From an archaeon (GTDB lineage: Archaea > Methanobacteriota_B > Thermococci > Methanofastidiosales > NM3), in assembly GCA_004212155.1 (NCBI GenBank), contig RXIG01000010.1:1-20568 (forward strand): a stretch of DNA of 20,568 bases, given 5' to 3'. Position 1 is the stretch's first letter. Every line of letters begins with the position of its first letter. Below, one piece after another: positions 9,416 through 17,139 of this stretch. Both the position numbers and the translations under genes were made by a program. The notes under the pieces are model-generated. The model ran no database searches. It saw only the letters and a program-made list of their open reading frames with translations, and was not told the DNA's origin.

Positions 9416-10099
9416 ATGAACGTTACATTACTATCATACACCCCGGATCCTGAACGGACCTGTGCCGCAGCCGCACTCACGTCGTTCTGGCACAAGGGTG
9501 CCTCGGAGACGCATCATGTCCTGTCGGATGAGGAGATCGACGATATCCTTACGAAGGTCATGGGATACGGGCATGTGTCGGTCATCGAACATGCCACGTT
9601 CACATTTTCCCTCGAGGGCATATCGCGCGCCTGCTCCCACCAGCTTGTGCGACACCGTGTCGCTTCGTATACCCAGCAGTCGCAGCGGTATGTTGAGATC
9701 GAGAACTTCTCTCCTGTCCTGCCCCCCTCTGTCAGGGCCAATCGCGACGCGGCGAAGGTCTACGATGATGTGATGGGGTCAGTGAAACAGGCTTATGAGA
9801 AACTCATCGGCCTGGGCATCGACAATGAGGATGCGCGTTTCGTGCTCCCCAATGCAACCCCGACGAACATCGTCGTCACCATGAACGCCCGCGAGCTTCG
9901 CCACTTCTTCAAGATGCGGTGTTGCGAGCGTGCACAGTGGGAGATACGCGACGTGGCCCGACGCATGCTTGCGTGCGTGCGCCCCGTTGCACCCCGCTTG
10001 TTCCGCAGGGCGGGACCGAGCTGCGTGTGCGAGGGGCGTTGCCCCGAGGGAGACCTGTCGTGCGGACGGATACGGGGGGCAGCGGATGAAGAGGGATGA
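9416..10099 (+). CDS. thyX: FAD-dependent thymidylate synthase
   Basis: GHVSVIEHA, signature SRACSHQLVRHRVASYTQQSQRY, EDARFVLPNA, TMNARELRHF, RAQWEIR. True start at ATG 9416; the ORF-track extension overlaps dut. Confidence 0.97.
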   Translation: MNVTLLSYTPDPERTCAAAALTSFWHKGASETHHVLSDEEIDDILTKVMGYGHVSVIEHATFTFSLEGISRACSHQLVRHRVASYTQQSQRYVEIENFSPVLPPSVRANRDAAKVYDDVMGSVKQAYEKLIGLGIDNEDARFVLPNATPTNIVVTMNARELRHFFKMRCCERAQWEIRDVARRMLACVRPVAPRLFRRAGPSCVCEGRCPEGDLSCGRIRGAADEEG

Positions 10100-10532
10100 C
10101 CCGCAGACGTACTTCTCCAAGATCGCCGCCCTTGTCGCGACCCGCTCCACATGCATCAAGCAGCATGTGGGGGCCATCCTCGTCAAGGACAAGCACATCA
10201 TCTCGACAGGTTACAACGGGGCGCCGCGCAACGTTACCCACTGTTCGCGCGACACGTGCCTCAGGCAGGGGCTCTCATCACTTGACAAGGCATATCTGTG
10301 CCGGGGGGTGCATGCTGAGCAAAACGCAATCATCCAGGCTGCGCTCCATGGCGCATCGCCCGATGGCGCCACGCTGTACACGACGCACTTTCCCTGCATG
10401 TCGTGTGTGAAGATCCTCATCAACGCCAGAATAAAGGAGGTCGTCTACCAGAACGACTACGACATGGACAACAACATCAAGATGTCGCTTTTGCGTGAGG
10501 CGGGGGTCAGTGTTCGAAAAGTTGTGATATAA
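10086..10532 (+). CDS. dCMP deaminase (cytidine/deoxycytidylate deaminase family)
   Basis: RSTC...VGAILV, TGYNGAP, Zn motifs HAEQNA and PCMSC. Start at ATG 10086 (MKRDDPQTYF). Confidence 0.93.
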   Translation: MKRDDPQTYFSKIAALVATRSTCIKQHVGAILVKDKHIISTGYNGAPRNVTHCSRDTCLRQGLSSLDKAYLCRGVHAEQNAIIQAALHGASPDGATLYTTHFPCMSCVKILINARIKEVVYQNDYDMDNNIKMSLLREAGVSVRKVVI

Positions 10533-11218
10533 TGACAGTAAAAAGTTTAGTGAAGATGTCGCTCACCGATTGGGACGGCAAGGTTTCTGCCGTGGTCTTC
10601 ATGAGCGGATGCAACTATCGTTGTCCGTACTGCCACAACTGGCAGCTCGTCGAAGACCCCGATTCGGTCGATGATGTGGATTGGAACGATGTGCTTGACT
10701 ACCTCGAATCGGCGTCCGGCTGGCTCGACGGCGTCGTCGTCACGGGAGGGGAACCGACGTGCGATCCCGTTCTCCCGTCGTTGCTCGAGGACATCAAGGA
10801 CAAGGGCCTGCCCATCAAGCTCGATACGAACGGATCAGTGCCTGACGTCATCGAATCGCTGATCGAGCGAGGACTGGTCGACTACATAGCCATGGACGTG
10901 AAGAACTCGTACAAAAAGTACGATGAGACGGCAGGCGCTCGCGTGAACACTGACGACATCGCACGAAGCATCGAGCTCGTACGCTCGCTTCCCGACCACG
11001 AGTTTCGCACGACGGTGGTGCCGGGACTCGTAGAACCAGAGGACGTTGCCACGATATGCACATATATAAAAGGGACCAAGAACTTTATATTGCAACGGTT
11101 CCATCCCGAGAACGTGCTCAACAAGGAGTATTCCGAGGTCTCCCCGCCCAGCGACGAGGAGATGGATGCGCTCGTTGAGCTTTGTCCCGGAGATATACCG
11201 ACGGAATGGAGGGGTTGA
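10532..11218 (+). CDS. nrdG: Anaerobic ribonucleotide reductase activating enzyme-like radical SAM protein
   Basis: SLTDWDGK.SAVVF.SGCNYRCPYCHN (CxxxCxxC), GVVVTGGEPT, KLDTNGS, DYIAMDVK, EFRTTVVP. TAATG coupling to the deaminase. Confidence 0.88.
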   Translation: MTVKSLVKMSLTDWDGKVSAVVFMSGCNYRCPYCHNWQLVEDPDSVDDVDWNDVLDYLESASGWLDGVVVTGGEPTCDPVLPSLLEDIKDKGLPIKLDTNGSVPDVIESLIERGLVDYIAMDVKNSYKKYDETAGARVNTDDIARSIELVRSLPDHEFRTTVVPGLVEPEDVATICTYIKGTKNFILQRFHPENVLNKEYSEVSPPSDEEMDALVELCPGDIPTEWRG

Positions 11219-11439
11219 TGCTGAACGAGGATGATAAGGAGACGCTCTTTGTCTCCGTGCGCCCCTACGTGGCCGATGCACGCGCCATCAGGGAGTTCCT
11301 TGACGGAGCCGATGCTGCGTCGTTCGAGGAGCTTGGTGAGGAGATTCAAAAGCGCGTAGGGCGGAGCGGCGGAACGCTCAAGACCGATTTCAAGATACTC
11401 CACGACAAATGGGAAAAGATGAAGTATCAGAAAAAGTAA
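11218..11439 (+). CDS. Small helical hypothetical protein (73 aa)
   Basis: TGATG coupling to nrdG, GGAGGGG RBS, fills the gap to marC exactly, host-like codon usage. Confidence 0.75.
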   Translation: MLNEDDKETLFVSVRPYVADARAIREFLDGADAASFEELGEEIQKRVGRSGGTLKTDFKILHDKWEKMKYQKK

Positions 11440-11442
11440 TGA

Positions 11443-12069
11443 TTGCGGGGAATGTCAATGGTGCTCGACGAACTTTTGTCAATGATAGATATCGCAGCGT
11501 TCATCGAGGTATTCATACCGCTATTTATCATCATCAATCCCCTCGCCATACTTCCCAATTTCATCGAGCTGACACAGCGCCTTGACAAGAAACAGCGAGG
11601 CAGCGTCTCGTTTCGAACGAGCGCGTCAGCATTCATCCTTCTTTGCATCTTCGTGTTCATAGGCCGCCCGGTGCTTGGCCTCATTGGTGTCTCAACGGCG
11701 GCGTTCATGATGGCGTGCGGCATCCTCGTGCTCTACATCTCGCTTGGCATGCTCTCGGGCGACCCGCCGGTGACGCGCAACGTCGAATTCGACCGCATAT
11801 CCGTCGTCCCCATGTCGATACCGTTGCTTGCGGGGCCCGGGGCCATTGCCACAACGATAGTGCTCGAGGGCACATACGGAAAACCCCTCGTGCTCTTCTC
11901 GCTTGTGATCACCATGGTGCTCTCGAAGGTGATGCTCGACTACTACCGACAGATCGTGCGCGTCATGGGCAAAAACGGCCTCAACGCGTGGATACGTCTT
12001 TCTGCACTGTTCTTTGCAGCCATCGCCGTCAATCTCATCACGAAGGGAATCCTCGAGATAGGGTGGTAA
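11443..12069 (+). CDS. MarC-family inner membrane protein
   Basis: LFIIINPLA, VVPMSIPLLAGPGAIAT, about six hydrophobic helices. The exact start is uncertain (11443-11482). Confidence 0.92.
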   Translation: MRGMSMVLDELLSMIDIAAFIEVFIPLFIIINPLAILPNFIELTQRLDKKQRGSVSFRTSASAFILLCIFVFIGRPVLGLIGVSTAAFMMACGILVLYISLGMLSGDPPVTRNVEFDRISVVPMSIPLLAGPGAIATTIVLEGTYGKPLVLFSLVITMVLSKVMLDYYRQIVRVMGKNGLNAWIRLSALFFAAIAVNLITKGILEIGW

Positions 12070-12071
12070 TC

Positions 12072-12647
12072 GTGATAGGCCCCGTCATCGAGGGATTCAT
12101 AGCGCTTTTTGTCATCATGGATCCCTTGGGCGTCATACCGCTTTATCTGCCGCTCGTGAGCGGCATGGACGACAAGGAACGCAACCACACCGTCTACCTT
12201 GCAACAGGATTCGCCACCGTGCTCCTGATCGTCTTCCTCTTTGGAGGGGGATTGATATTCGAATATCTTCAAATCCGTCTTGAGCACATCATGGTGGCAG
12301 GAGGTGTTGTGCTCGTCCTTTTGGGATTCGAAGCGATGTTCGGAGGGGAGGGGACGGCGATGAAAAGGGACAGTTCGATAGCCATCGTCCCCGTGGGAAT
12401 GCCGTTCATGGCAGGTCCCGGTTCGATCGCCACCGTTCTTCTCCTGATGGCCGCCAACGGCACCGTTGTAACGATCATCAGCATCGCCCTTGTCATGGCC
12501 GTACAGTTCTTCATATACTTGTGGGCGACCAAGATAGTGCGATTTGCAGGAAAAAACGGTCTCAAGGTCATGGCCAACATCGCAGCCGTCGCGGCGGCGT
12601 CCTTTGGCATACAGCTAATGATAAACGGGTTCCGCGGCATCTTCTGA
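12072..12647 (+). CDS. MarC-family inner membrane protein (second paralog)
   Basis: LFVIMDPLG, AGGVVL, IVPVGMPFMAGPGSIAT, GKNGL. GTG start at 12072 after GGGTGG; the upstream part of the 11643 ORF is shadow. Confidence 0.9.
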   Translation: MIGPVIEGFIALFVIMDPLGVIPLYLPLVSGMDDKERNHTVYLATGFATVLLIVFLFGGGLIFEYLQIRLEHIMVAGGVVLVLLGFEAMFGGEGTAMKRDSSIAIVPVGMPFMAGPGSIATVLLLMAANGTVVTIISIALVMAVQFFIYLWATKIVRFAGKNGLKVMANIAAVAAASFGIQLMINGFRGIF

Positions 12648-12654
12648 ATCGCTG

Positions 12655-12966
12655 TCAAAGCGGTTTGATGGTCCAGATGATCTCTCGTTCCTCCCCATCA
12701 ATCGTGATTCGAACGGGCAGATATATTGAGGACATCCTCATATGTTCAAGACCTTCCTGCACCTGTATGCAGCGCCTCCCCACAGCCTCTCCATCGAGAT
12801 AGATGGTGTCATCGCCACCCGCCCGCATCGAAACCGTCCCCTTGTCGGTCCTCACCGATATCTCACGTGGCCGCTTTTCCCGGGGATCGAGGAGCGCATA
12901 GGCTTTCAAGAACTCGTTTTCGGGCGCATACAGCACCATGTCCTGCAATATCCCAGAGGGGGCCAT
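12655..12966 (-). CDS. Hypothetical protein (~103 aa, beta-rich)
   Basis: ATG at 12966 directly follows an AT-rich intergenic stretch. The ORF fills the gap convergent to marC2. No motif recognised. Confidence 0.6.
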   Translation of the reverse strand: MAPSGILQDMVLYAPENEFLKAYALLDPREKRPREISVRTDKGTVSMRAGGDDTIYLDGEAVGRRCIQVQEGLEHMRMSSIYLPVRITIDGEEREIIWTIKPL

Positions 12967-13136
12967 TATTGTTAATTGTATTGAAAAGATATATTTTTTT
13001 CCCATTTTCTCAACAATGATATACGATATCGTGTATACCTTTCGCCATGGCGATGCACTGGATAAGCACATTACCCCTTTTAGTGCAACACCCGACGTAC
13101 CATAACGTTTTTTAGTTCTACACACCAGGCGTGCGT

Positions 13137-13820
13137 ATGCTCTCCATCCTTGCATGGATGCTGCTTACGTTGCTTGTTGTCTCCTTCACGGCCGTCGTGG
13201 CAAGCAGGCACGGCGTCGAGTACATGATCGGCATGTACGCAGCCCTTGTGGTGATAGCGAACGTGCTCGCATCCAAGATCGTGGTGTTTGCCGGCCAGGC
13301 GGTGCCTGCCGCCGTCATAGCATACTCATCGAGCTTCCTGCTCACAGATATGCTAAGCGAGTTCTATGGTGAGAGGGAGGCGCGCACGGCGGTATGGACA
13401 GGGTTCCTTGCAAGCATCGCCCTCGCCCTGAGCGTCGCCATAGCGATCTCATGGGAGTCGGCCCCGTTCTGGTCGGGCCAGGCAGCCTTTGAGAGCGTCC
13501 TTGGCAACACGCCGCGCATCGTCCTCGCCTCGCTTGCCGCCTACCTCGCTTCGCAACACCACGACGTGAAGAGCTACGCATGGTGGAAACGCCGCTTTCC
13601 CCGCCACCTCTGGTTGCGCAACAACGCTTCGACTGTGGTCTCCCAGGCGATCGATACGGTGCTTTTCATCTCCATCGCGTTCTACGGGCTCTTCCCTGTC
13701 ATCCCGATGATGCTTGGACAGTATGCCGTCAAGCTTGTCATCGCATTGCTGGACACGCCTTTCATCTACACGGTCAAGCGGCTCAGAGTGTTTGATAAAA
13801 AGAGAGATTCTCCTCAGTGA
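13137..13820 (+). CDS. yhhQ: Queuosine/7-deazaguanine precursor transporter (YhhQ/VUT family)
   Basis: VIANVLASK, FLLTDMLSEFYG..AR.AVW.GF, TPRIVLASLAAYLASQHHDV, LWLRNNASTVVSQAIDTVLF, ALLDTPF. Confidence 0.93.
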   Translation: MLSILAWMLLTLLVVSFTAVVASRHGVEYMIGMYAALVVIANVLASKIVVFAGQAVPAAVIAYSSSFLLTDMLSEFYGEREARTAVWTGFLASIALALSVAIAISWESAPFWSGQAAFESVLGNTPRIVLASLAAYLASQHHDVKSYAWWKRRFPRHLWLRNNASTVVSQAIDTVLFISIAFYGLFPVIPMMLGQYAVKLVIALLDTPFIYTVKRLRVFDKKRDSPQ

Positions 13821-14325
13821 GGTAGTGGACAGTGGTCTGACACGCGACGCTTTCCCCTGGTGCGGGATCGGACGCCACGTTCTCTGCACGTCGTTTGGCG
13901 CTTTCGAGCTCGATGTTTTCTACCTCGAACGTTGACTCCCTGCCCTTCTCCTCCATCGCGGCGATGAGACAGGCGTCTACCATCTCCGCCATGATGTTCT
14001 CCCGTATCTTTTCCATGGAATATCCTCGCGCGAGGAGACGCTGATGGAGCAGCATGGGCGGGCAGCGAATCACAAGGAGGGGGCTACCTTCGAACAGCTC
14101 GGCATAATGGGCGTCAACAATGCCCTCGGCCATGCCATTGATGTGGTCCTGCGCCGCTTCGATGTCGATGACAGAGGTCTCACGCTCTTCATCGTCCTCG
14201 ATGATCCACCCCTTCTCGCTTGCCATCGACGAAACGTCGATATGTGGCACCCCGAAGCGCGTGGCCAGATGGCATGCGATCGTGGTCTTTCCTGCACCCG
14301 GTGTCCCGCTCACGCAGAGCTTCAT
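13783..14325 (-). CDS. Archaeal adenylate kinase, AK6/Fap7 family
   Basis: P-loop SGTPGAGKTT at the N-terminus, DEERET..ID, hhDxH motif GIVDAHY, IRCPP..L..RL.ARGYS.EKIREN..AE. GGGTGA RBS and ATGA overlap with the upstream gene. Confidence 0.88.
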   Translation of the reverse strand: MKLCVSGTPGAGKTTIACHLATRFGVPHIDVSSMASEKGWIIEDDEERETSVIDIEAAQDHINGMAEGIVDAHYAELFEGSPLLVIRCPPMLLHQRLLARGYSMEKIRENIMAEMVDACLIAAMEEKGRESTFEVENIELESAKRRAENVASDPAPGESVACQTTVHYLTEENLSFYQTL

Positions 14326-15146
14326 CCGGATTCACCCATATATTCCCGTATCTCCTTGATGAACAGCTCGAGCTTCCTGAACTGGAGCTCGCTTATGGGT
14401 TTCGTGTGGGCCACGTCGTTTCGGATGTGGTTGAGCTCGATGAGGCGCGCCTTGATCCATCCGATGTTGACGAAGAAACGTTCGAACACGTTCCTCCAGT
14501 TGTCTATGCCGCGCTGCTCGTCCTTGTAGAGGATGATCGGAACGTAGAATGAGAAGTCGGAATAGTAGAGCAGCGGCATGAGTACCTTCTTTCGCAGCTG
14601 CGCGTTCGTCCTGCGCTGTTCGCACTTCGTGCGGACATAGGGCGGCACTCCCTTTTCCCACCAGTCGTCGCCGTAATGCGATTCGAGGGCGGACTTGATG
14701 AAGTTGTTAAGGTCGCGCTCGAACTCGGTGAGGAGCTCGTAGGCTCGCGAGCTGCTGTAATTGTTGTCAGGCCGGTCTTGCTTGCTAAGTGTCTTGGTGA
14801 CGGCGTTAAGGACGTCGTCCTTGCGAAGCGGCTTGTTGATGAGATAGTCCTCGGCCCCGCCGCGCATCGTCTGGACGGCGGTCTCCTCGCTCCCGTAGGC
14901 AGTAAGCACGATAACGGGCATGTCGGGCTCTCGTTCCTTGATCTCCTTGAGCACGTCTAGGCCGCTTTTCTTGGGAAGCATAAGGTCCAGCAGCACGAGG
15001 TCGGGCGTTTCGGTGAACGCCTTTTCAAGTGCCTCTTCGCCGTCGGCGGCGGTGATGATGTCATAATCCCCGTGGCTGAGAAACGCTTTAAGCAGCTTGA
15101 TGTTATCGGGTGTGTCGTCGACTATGAGTATTCGTTCTCCTGCCAT
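14322..15146 (-). CDS. Response regulator: receiver domain fused to a Swt1-like HEPN (putative RNase) domain
   Basis: Receiver with acidic pocket ILIVDD, phosphoacceptor D54 (LVLLDLMLP), T82 and K105 (NKP). The C-terminal ~140 aa read YELLTEFERDL..FI...YGDDWW..GVP...LLYYSDF...NW.NVF..FF...L.ELNHIRNDVAH. ATG 15146 has a GGAGG RBS. Confidence 0.88.
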   Translation of the reverse strand: MAGERILIVDDTPDNIKLLKAFLSHGDYDIITAADGEEALEKAFTETPDLVLLDLMLPKKSGLDVLKEIKEREPDMPVIVLTAYGSEETAVQTMRGGAEDYLINKPLRKDDVLNAVTKTLSKQDRPDNNYSSSRAYELLTEFERDLNNFIKSALESHYGDDWWEKGVPPYVRTKCEQRRTNAQLRKKVLMPLLYYSDFSFYVPIILYKDEQRGIDNWRNVFERFFVNIGWIKARLIELNHIRNDVAHTKPISELQFRKLELFIKEIREYMGESG

Positions 15147-15147
15147 T

Positions 15148-17139
15148 TCATTTTTCCTCCCGCGGCGATGTTGGTAGCGTGAATATGAACTTTGAGCCCT
15201 CTCCCGGCGTGCTTTCCACCCATATGCAGCCCTTGAGCATCTCGACATACTTCTTCGTGATGGCAAGGCCGAGGCCTGTGCCCTCGAAGTCACGCGTCTC
15301 CGTGCCGTCGATCTGTCTGAACTCGTCGAAGATCACGTCGAAGTCCTCTTCCTCGATGCCAATGCCGGTGTCCATGACCTCGATCTTGATGTAATCGCTA
15401 TCCTCCTCGAGGTAGTTCACCGTGGTCTTTACTAGGCCCCCCTCTTTATTAAACTTGATGGCATTGGTGAGGAGGTTGATGAGTATCTGGCGCAGCTTTG
15501 TCTTGTCGACCTCTATCTCGGGCGCCACCTCGTTCTCGATGACCATCGTCACGTTCTTCTCCTTTGCCAACGGCGAGAGGAGTTTGTATATGCGCTTGAT
15601 GAGCTCATCTATCTTCACTTTTTGGTAGACGACCTCCATCCTGTTGGCCTCGATCTTTGAGAGGTCGAGCATGTCGTTTATGAGCTGCAGGAGATTCTCG
15701 CTGTTTCTCAATATCGTATGAAGATAATCCCGCTGCTCATCATCAAGATTCTCATCGTCGAGCAGCACGTCGCTGAATCCGATGATGGCATTGAGCGGCG
15801 TCCTGAGCTCGTGGGAGATGTTGGCGATGAACTGGGATTTGAGGCGCGATGCCTCGCGCGTCTTCTTGTTGGCCTCCCTGAGCTCGTGCACGATGGCCTT
15901 GAGCCGCTCGTTGGAGAGCTGGAGCCGCCTTGTACGCTCCCGCACCTTGTCCTCGAGCGCGGCATAGCTGTTTTGGAGCTCGCTTGCCATCTCGTTGAAC
16001 GAACGCGCAAGGAATCCGAACTCATCGTCGGATGGGACGCTGATCTGGTAGCTCAGGTCCTTTCGTGCGATGCGCCTCGTGCCCCTCACCAGGTCGCGGA
16101 GGGGGCGCGTGATCGTCTGGGTCACCATCACTGCGGCGATTATCGATATGAGCACAGCAGAAGCGATGAGAAGGATGAACGCCTGCCTGAACGACGCCAC
16201 ATTGGAGAACACGACGTTTTTAGGAATGACCTCCACAAGCACGAGGAACTCTTCATGCGTGACCTGTTCGAAGAAGAGAGGGGTGTAGGTCACGATCCAG
16301 TCCTCCTTGTTGGTGATCGTACCCGAGTCACCCGACGTGATGTCCTTGTTTCCAGAGAGGACAAACGTCGCTATCTCGACGATCTCGCCCGGGTCTATCT
16401 CCTCACCGACCCTGTGGGTAAGGTAGACGTTGTTGTTGGAAACGAGGAATATGGCAGAGCGCTGTTGCGGTTCATCGCCGGTGCTGTACGACTCCCGTAT
16501 CGGCTTGAGGAAGTAATCAGCCGGCATTGTTGCAACGATGATGCCCTGCTTCGTGTTGGACTCGTCATAGACAGGCGTCGCGTACGTGACGAGCGTCGTC
16601 TTCGTCGATGGGTCGGTCGATGATGCGGTCACGAAGATTTGGTCCTTTTCGAGATTCATCGTCTCTTGGAAGTACTGCCTGTTCGATACGTCCATGAGCA
16701 TGTCGTAGCTCGTCTTTTGGAACTGGTCGCCATCGTTTTCGATGCGCAGCACTTCCTCGCCATCCTCGTCGATGAATGCCACCTTGTCATATATCTCCCT
16801 GCTCTGACAAAAGATCAGTATGTGTTCCTGGAGGAGGCTTCTCCACCTTTCTATCTCGGTCTCGCTGTGCGTTGCCTTGGCATAGAAGTAGTCGCGCAGG
16901 GCAGGGTCCTTCGAGAGGAAGATCACGTCGCTTTTGTTGTAATTGATGAAATCGTATATTTCCTCAGCAGACGAATAGAGGTCATACTGCGTGTTTTCAA
17001 GTGTCATCGACTCGAACGATTCAGTCGCGAGATTGACCGAATAGAGGCCCGCTATCGATATCGGCAATACCGATATGAGAAGGAACGTGATGAGCAGTTT
17101 ATGGGAAAGACGAGAAAATATACGCATCGTGTGACCCAT
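15148..17139 (-). CDS. Membrane sensor histidine kinase (TM - Cache-like sensor - TM - HAMP - HisKA - HATPase)
   Basis: Two TM helices flank a ~280 aa extracytoplasmic domain (NRQYFQET, YATPVYD..GII, Cache-like). HAMP ITRPL...DEFGFLARSFNEM, H-box ISHELRTPLN (H443), N-box QILINLLTNAIKF, G1 DTGIGI, F-box IFDEF, G2 GTGLGLAI. Confidence 0.96.
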   Translation of the reverse strand: MGHTMRIFSRLSHKLLITFLLISVLPISIAGLYSVNLATESFESMTLENTQYDLYSSAEEIYDFINYNKSDVIFLSKDPALRDYFYAKATHSETEIERWRSLLQEHILIFCQSREIYDKVAFIDEDGEEVLRIENDGDQFQKTSYDMLMDVSNRQYFQETMNLEKDQIFVTASSTDPSTKTTLVTYATPVYDESNTKQGIIVATMPADYFLKPIRESYSTGDEPQQRSAIFLVSNNNVYLTHRVGEEIDPGEIVEIATFVLSGNKDITSGDSGTITNKEDWIVTYTPLFFEQVTHEEFLVLVEVIPKNVVFSNVASFRQAFILLIASAVLISIIAAVMVTQTITRPLRDLVRGTRRIARKDLSYQISVPSDDEFGFLARSFNEMASELQNSYAALEDKVRERTRRLQLSNERLKAIVHELREANKKTREASRLKSQFIANISHELRTPLNAIIGFSDVLLDDENLDDEQRDYLHTILRNSENLLQLINDMLDLSKIEANRMEVVYQKVKIDELIKRIYKLLSPLAKEKNVTMVIENEVAPEIEVDKTKLRQILINLLTNAIKFNKEGGLVKTTVNYLEEDSDYIKIEVMDTGIGIEEEDFDVIFDEFRQIDGTETRDFEGTGLGLAITKKYVEMLKGCIWVESTPGEGSKFIFTLPTSPREEK

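Noticed and set aside
8650-11218. Prophage/viral origin of the nucleotide metabolism cluster
   Set aside because: No structural, integrase or replication genes and no att-like repeats; composition looks like the flanks.
11643-12071. Extension of the second MarC ORF, suggesting a fusion or overlap
   Set aside because: Off-frame shadow of the first marC with Arg/His-rich nonsense composition.
13095-13136. Possible preQ1 riboswitch upstream of yhhQ (GTTCTACACACC)
   Set aside because: No closing P1 stem and no A-rich 3' tail; the T-run is more likely a promoter element.
15147-15293. N-terminal extension of the response regulator in the ORF track
   Set aside because: It overlaps the kinase C-terminus. 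ATG 15146 has an RBS and starts the receiver fold.
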